The notes under the pieces: generated by a model
What the model was told of the DNA's origin: nothing
The model's database searches: none
Seen by the model: the letters and a program-made list of their open reading frames with translations, nothing else
Origin: an uncultured Alphaproteobacteria bacterium
GTDB lineage: Bacteria > Pseudomonadota > Alphaproteobacteria > SHNJ01
DNA length: 48,896 nucleotides
Assembly: GCA_964427785.1 (NCBI GenBank)
Contig: CAYRVJ010000001.1
Location: 1-48,896, forward strand
Direction of reading: 5' to 3'
Program-made: the position numbers and the translations under genes
In this document: in pieces, positions 7,952 through 16,241 of the stretch
Position numbering within the stretch: position 1 is the first letter of the stretch
Layout: each line of letters opens with the position of its first letter

Positions 7952-8417
7952 AATTCTTCCCATGGGCTATCTGATTTATTGGAGTTTCATCTTTTAAAGA
8001 ATGGCCCGGCAGCCATTCGCTATTTCCGGCGAGGTAATGTTCTTGCTTCCAGATGGGGGCGCGTTTTTTGATTTCCTCAATTACATACCGGCAGGCTTCG
8101 AAACTTTCGGCTCTATGCGGAGAACTGACTGCGACAACAATGCTAATACCGCCAACAGGCAGGTCGCCTTTATAATGAAACACGGCATAACTAGTGTCTG
8201 TCCATACAGTCTTAGCTTCCGAGCAAATGCTAAAAAAAACCTTCTCTGTCAGACCAACATGAGCGTCATAGGTAATGCCGCAAACCTTCTGCCCGTTATG
8301 ATAATTGCGAACGGTTCCGATAAAAAGATCTATAGCGCCATGCGCAGAATTTTGGACATTACGGATCGTTTCTTCTATATCGATTGTGTTCTCTGTCACT
8401 CGTACAGTAATAGTCAT
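7944..8417 (-). CDS. moaE: Molybdopterin synthase catalytic subunit
   Basis: MoaE-like sequence (GAIDLFIGTVRN...ITYDAH...PIWKQEHY). GGAGG RBS ahead of ATG 8417, immediately after the moaD stop. Confidence 0.85.
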   Translation of the reverse strand: MTITVRVTENTIDIEETIRNVQNSAHGAIDLFIGTVRNYHNGQKVCGITYDAHVGLTEKVFFSICSEAKTVWTDTSYAVFHYKGDLPVGGISIVVAVSSPHRAESFEACRYVIEEIKKRAPIWKQEHYLAGNSEWLPGHSLKDETPINQIAHGKNYV

Positions 8418-8419
8418 TT

Positions 8420-8665
8420 CTATCCTCCACAAACCGGGGGAAGAATGGAAAGGGCGCAACTCTTATCGATTATATAATCATCCTGCAGGATGGCGCTATC
8501 GTTTGCGAGAACCGAACTGGCGACAAGAATTTGTTGATCTTTTCCGATAGTGTCGGCAAAAAGGGATTTAATGACATTAATAGTGGCTGGAGCTTCAAGC
8601 TTTAGGCTTGTATCAATGCCGAATTTGCGGAAACTGCCATAATGTTGAATGATAAGGTCGATCAT
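8420..8665 (-). CDS. moaD: Molybdopterin synthase sulfur-carrier subunit
   Basis: 81 aa ending in the diagnostic C-terminal GG (PPVCGG). The start overlaps the upstream stop (ATGA). Confidence 0.85.
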   Translation of the reverse strand: MIDLIIQHYGSFRKFGIDTSLKLEAPATINVIKSLFADTIGKDQQILVASSVLANDSAILQDDYIIDKSCALSILPPVCGG

Positions 8666-9693
8666 TTTGGGTTTCCAAATCCTTGTTTTCTAATTTTATT
8701 GAGGGCGTCGCCCACAAAAGGCGAAAGAATGTCCCAGCATTCTTTTACAGCTTTAGGCGATCCAGGAAAAGCGATCACTAAGGTTGCGCCAATCATTCCC
8801 GCAGTCATACGCGAGAGCCACGCTGTGTCTGTATAATGCAAGCTCTCGCTGCGGAGGACATCCCCCAGGCCGTCGAGCATCCGCTCGCTAATTTGTTGTA
8901 ATACATCGGGGGTGACATCCCGGGGGCCAGGACCTGTTCCGCCACAAGCAATTAGGAGATCAGGTTTATGCTTGCCGCATGTATCCAAAAGCGTTGCGGC
9001 GATTTTATCTTTCTCATCTGGAATAAGAGTATAGGATGAGATTTCCGCTCCAGCCTCGCTTAGCAGAGTTCTAAGAACTTCTCCCGATTGATCCGCATAT
9101 TCGCCTTTCGATGCGCGGTCGCTCATGACTACTATGCTTGCCTGTTTTCCTCTGAGGAATGCGGGATCGGGCAGTTGATCGGCGAGCCACTGCGGAATGC
9201 CTTCCGCATTAACCCACATACCGCTTTTCCCGCCTGTTTTCACAAGCAGGCGAATGCCTTCGATAATGAGATTCGGATCTATACTCTTTGTAAGATCCCA
9301 AATGGTTAGTAAGGCCGTATTGACTCCAGCCAGGGCTTCCATTTCTACGCCGGTTTTGGCAAAAGCGACAGCCTGCGCGTAGACGGTAATGCTGCTATTT
9401 TGTGAGTCCATATAGCAGTGAATTGTAACTTGATCGAGCGGCAAAGTATGGCACATTGGGATTAAATCCGGCGTTTTTTTCGCTCCCGCAATGCCCGCGA
9501 CTTCCGCCAGCGCCAGAACATTGCCCTTGGGAAGCGTATTATTTTGTATAGCTTCGAAGGCTTTTTTGTCCATGCGTATTGTGCCGCAGGCAACCGCCCG
9601 GCGGCGCGTGGGGCGTTTCCGCTCCACATTAATCATTTTGAAATTCGGCTCGTTGCAAGTGTCAAAGTGAAGGGCTTCCAATTTATGTTTCAT
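8662..9693 (-). CDS. moaC: Bifunctional cyclic pyranopterin monophosphate synthase (MoaC) / MoaB-Mog-type molybdopterin-binding domain fusion
   Basis: The N-terminal half is MoaC-like (KGNVLALAEVAGIAGAKKTPDLIPMCHTLPL...TGVEMEAL). The C-terminal half is a MoaB/MogA fold (IVVMSDRASKGEYADQSG...ACGGTGPGPRDVTPD...FPGSPKAV). Confidence 0.85.
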   Translation of the reverse strand: MKHKLEALHFDTCNEPNFKMINVERKRPTRRRAVACGTIRMDKKAFEAIQNNTLPKGNVLALAEVAGIAGAKKTPDLIPMCHTLPLDQVTIHCYMDSQNSSITVYAQAVAFAKTGVEMEALAGVNTALLTIWDLTKSIDPNLIIEGIRLLVKTGGKSGMWVNAEGIPQWLADQLPDPAFLRGKQASIVVMSDRASKGEYADQSGEVLRTLLSEAGAEISSYTLIPDEKDKIAATLLDTCGKHKPDLLIACGGTGPGPRDVTPDVLQQISERMLDGLGDVLRSESLHYTDTAWLSRMTAGMIGATLVIAFPGSPKAVKECWDILSPFVGDALNKIRKQGFGNPK

Positions 9694-9710
9694 AGCAGTC
9701 TTTCCTTTTT

Positions 9711-10700
9711 CTAGCCGCCAATAGAGGCTAAATGAGGCGTTGCGCCCGTGTTTCCATCATGCAGGAAATGCGTTGATGTTTTATAGGCCATTAGATTGAT
9801 GATTTTGTCTTGTAATTCTTCGATTTGATCGTCTGATTGCAACAAAAATCTCAAGGAATGGCCTCCTTCACCGAATAAGCAAAGATGCAAGTCTCCCTTG
9901 GCGGAAACGCGCAGGCGGTTGCAAGTCTTGCAGAAATCTTTTGAGTAGGGAGCGATAAGGCCGATTGTGCCCATGCTTTTATTGTGTTTAAACTCAATCG
10001 CTGGCCCGGCGCCTTCCTTACGCGGTAAAATACCCCAGCCTTTTTGCAGCAATCTTTTCGTTACTTCGGTCCCGGGCAAATGATGCTCAGCAAAATACGC
10101 TTTATTCTCACCTGTTCGCATCAATTCAATAAAACGCAGCGACACCGACTTATCGGATACAAAATCTATAAATTCATCCAATTCATTATCATTCAAACCT
10201 TTCAGCAGAACAGTGTTTATTTTTATGTTTTTGAACCCCACCCGGAAACATTCCTGCATTCCTTCTAAGATTTCACCTAAACGCCTATGGCCTGTGATTT
10301 TCTCGAACTGTTCCGGCTTTAGGGAATCAATGCTGATATTGATGGCGCGCAGCCCGGCATCATAATAGTCCCGCGCGCGTTCCGGAAGTTTGTATCCGTT
10401 CGTAGTAAAGACCAGCTTGCGTAGGCCGGGCAGGGATGAAATATCTCTCGCGATATCCAGAAAATCCGGCCGCACGGTGGGTTCGCCTCCCGTTAAACGG
10501 ATCTTCCAAACGCCAAGCGATATAAAAGCTTTTGCGAGTCTGCGGATCTCGTCTCTCGACAAGAAACTTTCGCAGCCGGATTTCTTATAGCCGTCCGGCA
10601 AGCAGTAGGAACAACGGAAGTTGCATACATCCGTGATGGACAGGCGCAAGTACGGAAAACGCCGCCCAAAACTATCCGCAATCTGCGGGTTATTGGTCAC
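9711..10700 (-). CDS. moaA: GTP 3',8-cyclase (radical SAM)
   Basis: YLRLSITDVCNFRCSYC radical-SAM CxxxCxxC motif, and a C-terminal CxxCxxxxxxxxxxxxxC cluster (CKTCNRLRVSAKGDLHLC). GTG 10700 is preceded by an AAGGAG RBS. The TTG 10781 start in the ORF track is rejected. Confidence 0.9.
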   Translation of the reverse strand: MTNNPQIADSFGRRFPYLRLSITDVCNFRCSYCLPDGYKKSGCESFLSRDEIRRLAKAFISLGVWKIRLTGGEPTVRPDFLDIARDISSLPGLRKLVFTTNGYKLPERARDYYDAGLRAINISIDSLKPEQFEKITGHRRLGEILEGMQECFRVGFKNIKINTVLLKGLNDNELDEFIDFVSDKSVSLRFIELMRTGENKAYFAEHHLPGTEVTKRLLQKGWGILPRKEGAGPAIEFKHNKSMGTIGLIAPYSKDFCKTCNRLRVSAKGDLHLCLFGEGGHSLRFLLQSDDQIEELQDKIINLMAYKTSTHFLHDGNTGATPHLASIGG

Positions 10701-10832
10701 TTTATAGTCTCCTTTCCAAAACGGGGAGGCCGGAGCGTTTCCACTCGCGACCCCGGCTAACCGACCATATCTATGACACAAGATTTAGGCGCGGAGAGCT
10801 CGGAGTTGCCATGATGTTAAGTATGGCGAAAC
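10701..10832 (-). promoter_or_regulatory. Candidate molybdenum-cofactor (Moco) riboswitch in the moaA leader
   Basis: The minus-strand leader reads ...AACUCCGAGCUCUCCGCGCC...GGUUAGCCGGGGUCGCGAGUGGAAACGCUCCGGCCUCCCCGUUUUGGAAAGGAGAC-GUG. The CUCCGAGC, GCCGGGG/CCCCG, GGAAAC, GGCCUCCC and terminal GGAAAGGAG(RBS) blocks resemble the Moco RNA motif as I remember it, and the position before moaA is the classic one. Not verified with a covariance model. Confidence 0.55.
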
Positions 10833-10869
10833 TTATTTCTTATTATGGTAGATCGAGGATAAAGGGGAC

Positions 10870-10883
10870 TTGATCTGAATCAA
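10870..10883. promoter_or_regulatory. FNR/CRP-family binding site (TTGAT-CTGA-ATCAA) forming a class II promoter for moaA
   Basis: Perfect palindrome. On the minus strand a CATAAT -10 hexamer (10842-10847) starts ~30 nt from the box centre, which places the centre near -41.5. Confidence 0.7.
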
Positions 10884-11209
10884 GAAGGAAAAGGTTATAA
10901 ATGCTGAATTTTTGGCTTGTTTTGTTAATTTTTCACGGCTCACATGTGGCCGTTTCCAGAACGAAGCTCAAGCCTTGGTTTATAGTTGGGTTCGGACTAA
11001 GAGGCTATTTAATTTTTTATTCAGTTTTAAGTACCCTTTTGCTAAAATTAATGGGACTTCGGCGAACATACTTGGGAAAGCATGACAAAAAATACAACCC
11101 CATTTCTATTGTTCTCGAAAGCTATTATGTTATGGCGGTTTTCTCTAGGAAAAAGAGATTCAGAATAGATCCGATGCCGCCTTTATAAATCAGGAATGGA
11201 AAAATCTAA

Positions 11210-11911
11210 ATGAACTTGGCCAGCACCATTCAGAGAACAGCGTTCTTCCAAAGCGTAGATCCACAAACCATCGAACATCTCGCAAAACAATGCCATCAAA
11301 AAACCTTCGCTAAAGGCCGCGATTTATTTGCCATGGGCGACCAGGCATCCGCATTTTTTATTATTTTAGATGGTTGGGTAAAGCTCTATCGCGTTTCTAG
11401 AGAAGGGGAAGAAACCATCATTCATGTTTTTGGACCCGGGGAATCTTTTGCCGAAGCTGCCGTTTTCAATGACAGTAAAACATATCCTGTAAACGCGCAG
11501 GCGGTTGAAGATGTCTCTGTTATTGAAATCCCCCGCAGCTTTTTTATCAAAAAGATTGAAGAAAACAGCCAGTTTGCTCTTCGTATGCTTGGGGCTATTG
11601 CCGCGCGGCAGCATTATCTAGTGCAGCAGCTTGAACAAGTTACAACCCGTACCGCGCCGCAACGAATAGGTGCTTTTCTAATACGTTTTTGCAAAAAGGA
11701 AAAGCAAGGGTCGGCTGGCTGGACGGTTGATCTTCCTTATGATAAATCCATCATATCTACCCGCCTTAGCATTAAACCGGAGACGTTCTCGCGCGCGCTG
11801 GCCAAACTTGAACCCCATGGTGTTGCTGTCAAAGGCCGCAGCATATGGATCGCCGATATGAAAAAACTCGCGGAATATTGCGACTTGTCTTTGCAGGAGA
11901 CACCTTGCTAG
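11210..11911 (+). CDS. CRP/FNR-family transcription regulator without an N-terminal Cys cluster (Dnr/NnrR-like)
   Basis: cNMP-binding-like beta-roll (FAKGRDLFAMGDQASAFFIILDGWVKLYR) and a C-terminal HTH with the FNR-type recognition helix (PETFSRALAKLE). There is no FNR-type Cys cluster. It is adjacent to nnrS. Confidence 0.8.
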   Translation: MNLASTIQRTAFFQSVDPQTIEHLAKQCHQKTFAKGRDLFAMGDQASAFFIILDGWVKLYRVSREGEETIIHVFGPGESFAEAAVFNDSKTYPVNAQAVEDVSVIEIPRSFFIKKIEENSQFALRMLGAIAARQHYLVQQLEQVTTRTAPQRIGAFLIRFCKKEKQGSAGWTVDLPYDKSIISTRLSIKPETFSRALAKLEPHGVAVKGRSIWIADMKKLAEYCDLSLQETPC

Positions 11912-11920
11912 AGGTTGTGA

Positions 11921-13096
11921 TTATGCTTCTTGTCCATCCGGTCTGGATGAAAAGAGCGCCCCACTATAGGCAAATAAATAGATTCCAAAGCAAATCGACC
12001 AGAGAATGGCCGAACCAATAATCCATTCCGTTATATTACCCGGCATTATTATAGGTCCAAAGACCCGCATTAAAGCGGCAATCTGAATTATAAAAAAAGA
12101 CAGGGCCGCCGTCACCCCAGCTCTCAATGCACGGCCTGTATGGCCCAATGTGACGCGGCAAATCATGCCCAGGATCATGGATCCAATACATCCGGCGGTC
12201 AGCGCATGAATAACAATCGGAATATCCCATAAGCCAAAGCCTGTTAAAGACAGCAAGCCAAGACCTATAATCAGCCAGCCATAACCAGCGTGCAATATCC
12301 AAAGCAAAGGATCGCCAAACGTTTTTATTGTATGATAATGGCGCATGCGAATCGCGTGTATCGCGCAAGATATAGCCGCGCAAATACCCATAGCGATCGT
12401 ATTTTTAAAAAAGATGAAACATATGGTAACAGCAACCAAGGAAGCTAGCGCCGCTACATCCATTTTCGTCTGCTCAGTTTGGAATACCATAATACCTTTG
12501 CGCCGGAGCGCAGCTACGGTAAAAGCCGGTATAATTCGGCCGCCGATCAAAGAGATCATCATCAGAATCATCATCAGCGCTGCATGCAGCGCGGAAATAT
12601 TGCCGCTTATCATAAACCAAATGTCGCAAGCAAACATAACAGAAAGCAAAGTCAGAAAAACAAAGTTTCTCTTGTTCCAGCTGCGTATTAAAGGAATAGC
12701 TAGCGATATTACCAAGCTAGGTATAAATAAATTCTCTAGGAAAATCGTTAGCCATATGGGCAAGCTCATGTCAGTATTCATGGCAAGGCGTCCTATAAGC
12801 CAAAGAACGCAAAGCGCCGCCAAGTGCGCCTGTCTTGCGGGCGCGCCACCTGTCCAATTGGCAACAGCTGTTAACAGAAACCCAGCTATAATGGCCATGC
12901 TAAATCCATAAATCATTTCGTGAGCATGCCATGAGGCAGGATTCATTATAAAAACGGGCGGCGCGTAGTAGCCGGCATAAAAGCTGCCCCATAAGCCAAT
13001 GCTGAGAATGCCGTATGCCGCGCCCAAAAAGAAAAAGGGCCTAAAGCCGCGTCCCCAGAAGGGAGTCATAAAAAGAGAATTAAACGCTATGGTCAT
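11921..13096 (-). CDS. nnrS: NnrS-family haem/copper membrane protein (NO-stress associated)
   Basis: 391 aa, ~12 TM. The N-terminus FWGRGFRPFFFLGA and conserved His-containing helices are typical of NnrS. Confidence 0.8.
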   Translation of the reverse strand: MTIAFNSLFMTPFWGRGFRPFFFLGAAYGILSIGLWGSFYAGYYAPPVFIMNPASWHAHEMIYGFSMAIIAGFLLTAVANWTGGAPARQAHLAALCVLWLIGRLAMNTDMSLPIWLTIFLENLFIPSLVISLAIPLIRSWNKRNFVFLTLLSVMFACDIWFMISGNISALHAALMMILMMISLIGGRIIPAFTVAALRRKGIMVFQTEQTKMDVAALASLVAVTICFIFFKNTIAMGICAAISCAIHAIRMRHYHTIKTFGDPLLWILHAGYGWLIIGLGLLSLTGFGLWDIPIVIHALTAGCIGSMILGMICRVTLGHTGRALRAGVTAALSFFIIQIAALMRVFGPIIMPGNITEWIIGSAILWSICFGIYLFAYSGALFSSRPDGQEA

Positions 13097-13105
13097 GTAA
13101 TTTCT

Positions 13106-13738
13106 TTAAGGCTGTAATAGTGCTGAATACCAATTTCTTTCCCGTAAATAATATACTCTGCGTTCATGAATACGATCGGCTCCATTGTTCCAAAATTCAA
13201 AATAATCAGGAACAATTCTAAAACCCGTCCAATAAGGAGGACGTTCCACCCGACCTATCGCCCACTTTGCCGTATAATACGCGATGCGCTTGAGAAGTTC
13301 GCTATGATCGCGCATCGGCTCGGATTGATGCGATGCCCATGCGCCAATACGGGATTTTAAGGGACGCGAAGCAAAATATGCATCCGCTTCCTCATCGCTG
13401 ACATTGTTAACGTATCCTTCGATGCGGATTTGGCGGGCGCATTCTTGCCAATAGAAACATAAAGCCGCTTGAGGATTCATTTCTATCTCACGCCCCTTGC
13501 GACTCAGGCTATTGGTATATATAACGAAACCGCTTTCTCCATATTCTTTCAATAAGACCATGCGGCAGGATGGCGCTCCACAACGCGTTGCTGTTGCCAA
13601 GCAAACAACCGAAGGGTCTTTTACGCCATTTTGCTGCGCCGTCCGATACCATTCTGCAAAGACTTCCCAGGGTTTCTCTTGTGTTAAATCGGAATCGTCC
13701 GGTTCCAAAGGTAGCCGGGTTACATTGGATATATTCAT
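13106..13738 (-). CDS. pdxH: Pyridoxamine/pyridoxine 5'-phosphate oxidase
   Basis: RMVLLKEYGESGFVIYTNSLSRKGREI...QIRIEG...YFASRPLKSRIGAWASHQS...FEFWNNGADRIHERRVY matches the PdxH signature end to end. Confidence 0.9.
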   Translation of the reverse strand: MNISNVTRLPLEPDDSDLTQEKPWEVFAEWYRTAQQNGVKDPSVVCLATATRCGAPSCRMVLLKEYGESGFVIYTNSLSRKGREIEMNPQAALCFYWQECARQIRIEGYVNNVSDEEADAYFASRPLKSRIGAWASHQSEPMRDHSELLKRIAYYTAKWAIGRVERPPYWTGFRIVPDYFEFWNNGADRIHERRVYYLRERNWYSALLQP

Positions 13739-13834
13739 TTTAAGGCGCCCTCTGATAACGGATGCAGCGCCAAGGTGCGACGGGCATAAGATACTTCATG
13801 TGACAAAATTTAATCAAATATTTCGGGAGTCCAT

Positions 13835-13848
13835 TTGATGTAGATCAA
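13835..13848. promoter_or_regulatory. FNR/CRP-family binding site (TTGAT-GTAG-ATCAA) upstream of pdxH-nnrS
   Basis: Perfect 14-bp palindrome, ~100 nt upstream of the pdxH start on the minus strand. Confidence 0.65.
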
Positions 13849-13877
13849 TATTCTAAAATGGCTTTCCTAATAAAATA

Positions 13878-14666
13878 TTATTGAACCAAGGGATTCTGAG
13901 AACCTTCCAGATGAAAGCCCCTGATTTTGCATCGTCCCGCCAAAAGCTGAATGTATTGATGGAATGCTCTGCGCCAGCTTTTTTCGTGGAGATCTTTTGC
14001 AATCCATTCCGCGACATTGTCAAATGGCAGTTGTTGTCCATCGGCGCGTTCATGGACCTTGATAATATGATATCCAACTTCTGTGGCTACGGGTTCCGAG
14101 CTGATTTCTCCCGCCTTCATTTTAAGCAAAGATATTTCAAATGCCGGCATTGTTTGTCCCCGGTTGATTTGCCCTAGCCTGCCGCCGTCTTTGGCGGAAG
14201 AGCAGGCCGATTCTTCGCGGGCTATAGCTTCAAATAGATTGGGCGCAGACTGTAGCCGGGTAAGCGCGGCCTGCGCCCGAAGCAGGGCCGCGGACCGCGC
14301 CTTTTCATCCGTGGGATGAGCTATGTATAGAATATGAGATGCTTCGAAAAGTGGAGATGTAAAAAAGCGCTCTTTGTTATTCTCGTAATAGTGTTTGCAT
14401 GTTTCGATGTCGGCGCTCGGCACGGTAATTTCGCGCGCAAGCAATTCCTCGATAATAGAGTCTGGGTTTTTAATCGCTTCGTCTCTTTGGCATAATCCGA
14501 TTTCCGATGCCCGTTGAATAAGAATTTCTCGGATAACTAAGGCGCGCATGGCTTCATATTTTGCGGAGAAAAGGCTTTCCGCCGGATGATATTGTACTTC
14601 GGCGCTGATTTCGTCCGGCGATATTTTTATGCCATTTACCTCAATTCCTGAAACTTGCGTCTTCAT
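13878..14666 (-). CDS. PpiC/parvulin-type peptidyl-prolyl isomerase associated with the nar operon
   Basis: C-terminal parvulin domain (CSSAKDGGRLGQINRGQTMPAFE...GYHIIKV) after a SurA-like helical N-domain. It directly follows narI, as seen in other nar clusters. Confidence 0.8.
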   Translation of the reverse strand: MKTQVSGIEVNGIKISPDEISAEVQYHPAESLFSAKYEAMRALVIREILIQRASEIGLCQRDEAIKNPDSIIEELLAREITVPSADIETCKHYYENNKERFFTSPLFEASHILYIAHPTDEKARSAALLRAQAALTRLQSAPNLFEAIAREESACSSAKDGGRLGQINRGQTMPAFEISLLKMKAGEISSEPVATEVGYHIIKVHERADGQQLPFDNVAEWIAKDLHEKSWRRAFHQYIQLLAGRCKIRGFHLEGSQNPLVQ

Positions 14667-14681
14667 CAGAAGTTAACTTTC

Positions 14682-15368
14682 TTAGGTTGCGCGCTTGCGG
14701 ACGATTTGATATGGACGGGCTATATAGCCTATAGGTGCGCTTAGAGCGTGCACAAGTCGGGTAAAAGGAAATACAACCAGTAGAAATAATCCTAGCGTAA
14801 TATGAAGTTTAAAAACGAAGGCAACATCGACTATGAACAAATGCGCATTGCCACGGAAAGTGACAATATGCTGCGCCCAGTTCATGAATTTGACCATTTC
14901 ATGTCCGTCCATATGTTGTAAGGACACTGGAATGGTGGAAAGTCCAAGAAGTAGTTGAGCCAGAAGTAGTATAAGGATGGCAATATCAGCGAACGAACTG
15001 TTGTTACGGATGCGCGGATCAAACAGGCGGCGATGCAGAAGCAGACAAAGCCCCGCTAAACAAACCAGACCAGCAATACCGCCTGCGGCAATAGCCAGAA
15101 TTTGTTTGGCTCCGTGTGAGATGCCCAGCGCATCAAAAACTTGTATCGGCGTCAGCAGCCCGATGGCATGCCCCGCTAGAATAACAAGAATCCCCAGGTG
15201 AAATAAGATACTGCCTATAACCAGCTGCTTTCTACGCAAAAGTTGGCTAGATTTAGTGCGCCAGGAATATGGATCGCGATCGAATCGCAATAAGTTTCCC
15301 AAAAGAAAAGTGATTATAGCGATGTACGGAAAAATCTGAAACAGAAAAAAATCCATAAAGTTGTCCAT
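14682..15368 (-). CDS. narI: Respiratory nitrate reductase gamma (cytochrome b) subunit
   Basis: 228 aa, 5 TM. The N-terminus FFLFQIFPYIAIITFLLG...YSWRTKSSQLL and conserved haem-ligand His residues are typical of NarI. Confidence 0.9.
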   Translation of the reverse strand: MDNFMDFFLFQIFPYIAIITFLLGNLLRFDRDPYSWRTKSSQLLRRKQLVIGSILFHLGILVILAGHAIGLLTPIQVFDALGISHGAKQILAIAAGGIAGLVCLAGLCLLLHRRLFDPRIRNNSSFADIAILILLLAQLLLGLSTIPVSLQHMDGHEMVKFMNWAQHIVTFRGNAHLFIVDVAFVFKLHITLGLFLLVVFPFTRLVHALSAPIGYIARPYQIVRKRAT

Positions 15369-15380
15369 TGTTAGCCTTTC

Positions 15381-16061
15381 TTAGCTGTTCATTCTCGCCA
15401 GCATTTCTTCCGCTTTCGGGCAGCCGCTGTTCTGTCCAGTTGTTTGCGGCGTATTTTCAAAGGCGAATTGTTCCTCCCATTCGCGGTCGACTTGTTCCGC
15501 GCTTAAAACGTCGCCGCTGGACTTTCTTAGAAAATCCTCAACAGACTTTGCGTCAGGGCTGCGAGATGCTGCTTCTGCGGCCGCTTCAAGAATTGATGCG
15601 TACAAAGACCCTCTATTATGAAGGCGTTGAGCAAGAGAAGAAAGAATATTGACAACACTACTCAACGTTTCTGAGGCTTCATTGGGCGGCAAAGTCGAGA
15701 GATATTCTAGGAAAAGAGGAAGATAGTCCGGCGTTTCTTCGGTCTGAACATATAGCCCAGCATTTTCATAAACTTTTAACAGATCGGCGAGCGCCTGGCC
15801 TCGGTCGCGCGAATCTCCATGGATATGCTCGAATAAATGCAATGAGAGGGAAGGGGTGCGGTCAAAAAGAGCGACATAATCTTCTTGCAAATCCAGAAGT
15901 TCGCGCTCCCTCAAGGCATTTATAGATTTCTGGACATTTTTCAAGACTTTGTCGGACAGCCATTTCTCGGCAGATAAAAGCTGCGCGCACTCATCCAAAG
16001 CCTGGGTATGGCAAGCTTCCGGATATGTCAGCAAAAATCCTAATATTTTGAGTGTACGCAT
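15381..16061 (-). CDS. narJ: Nitrate reductase molybdenum cofactor assembly chaperone
   Basis: MRTLKILGFLLTYPE...DYVALFDRTPSLSLHLFEHIHGDSRDRGQA is NarJ-like. AAGAGGA RBS ahead of ATG 16061. The longer ORF-track start is rejected. Confidence 0.85.
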   Translation of the reverse strand: MRTLKILGFLLTYPEACHTQALDECAQLLSAEKWLSDKVLKNVQKSINALRERELLDLQEDYVALFDRTPSLSLHLFEHIHGDSRDRGQALADLLKVYENAGLYVQTEETPDYLPLFLEYLSTLPPNEASETLSSVVNILSSLAQRLHNRGSLYASILEAAAEAASRSPDAKSVEDFLRKSSGDVLSAEQVDREWEEQFAFENTPQTTGQNSGCPKAEEMLARMNS

Positions 16062-16075
16062 ATCTCTATCCTCTT

Positions 16076-16222
16076 TTAGTGACGATCGCCGCCGCATCCG
16101 CAACATTCACCCTGCGAATGCGGATGGGGTTTCTTAGCATCGGAAGATGACTTTTCCATTTCCTTTGGGCGTTCCGCTTGTGTCTCCTTATCTTTCAATT
16201 TAAGTTTCCTCAATATATTCAT
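16076..16222 (-). CDS. Small lysine-rich protein with a C-terminal Cys/Gly/His motif (48 aa), between narH and narJ
   Basis: ATG 16222 is preceded by AAGAGG, 20 nt after the narH stop. The TAA stop at 16076 lies 15 nt before the narJ ATG. Sequence: MNILRKLKLKDKETQAERPKEMEKSSSDAKKPHPHSQGECCGCGGDRH. It fills an otherwise unexplained ~180-nt gap in a tightly packed operon. Confidence 0.45.
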   Translation of the reverse strand: MNILRKLKLKDKETQAERPKEMEKSSSDAKKPHPHSQGECCGCGGDRH

Positions 16223-16241
16223 CGCTTGCCTCTTTTGTAAG

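Noticed and set aside
10901-11188. 95-aa plus-strand ORF in the moaA-regulator intergenic region
   Set aside because: It is very AT-rich and hydrophobic with low complexity. It starts only ~24 nt from the FNR box centre and has no recognisable family. It could be a small membrane protein, but the support is insufficient.
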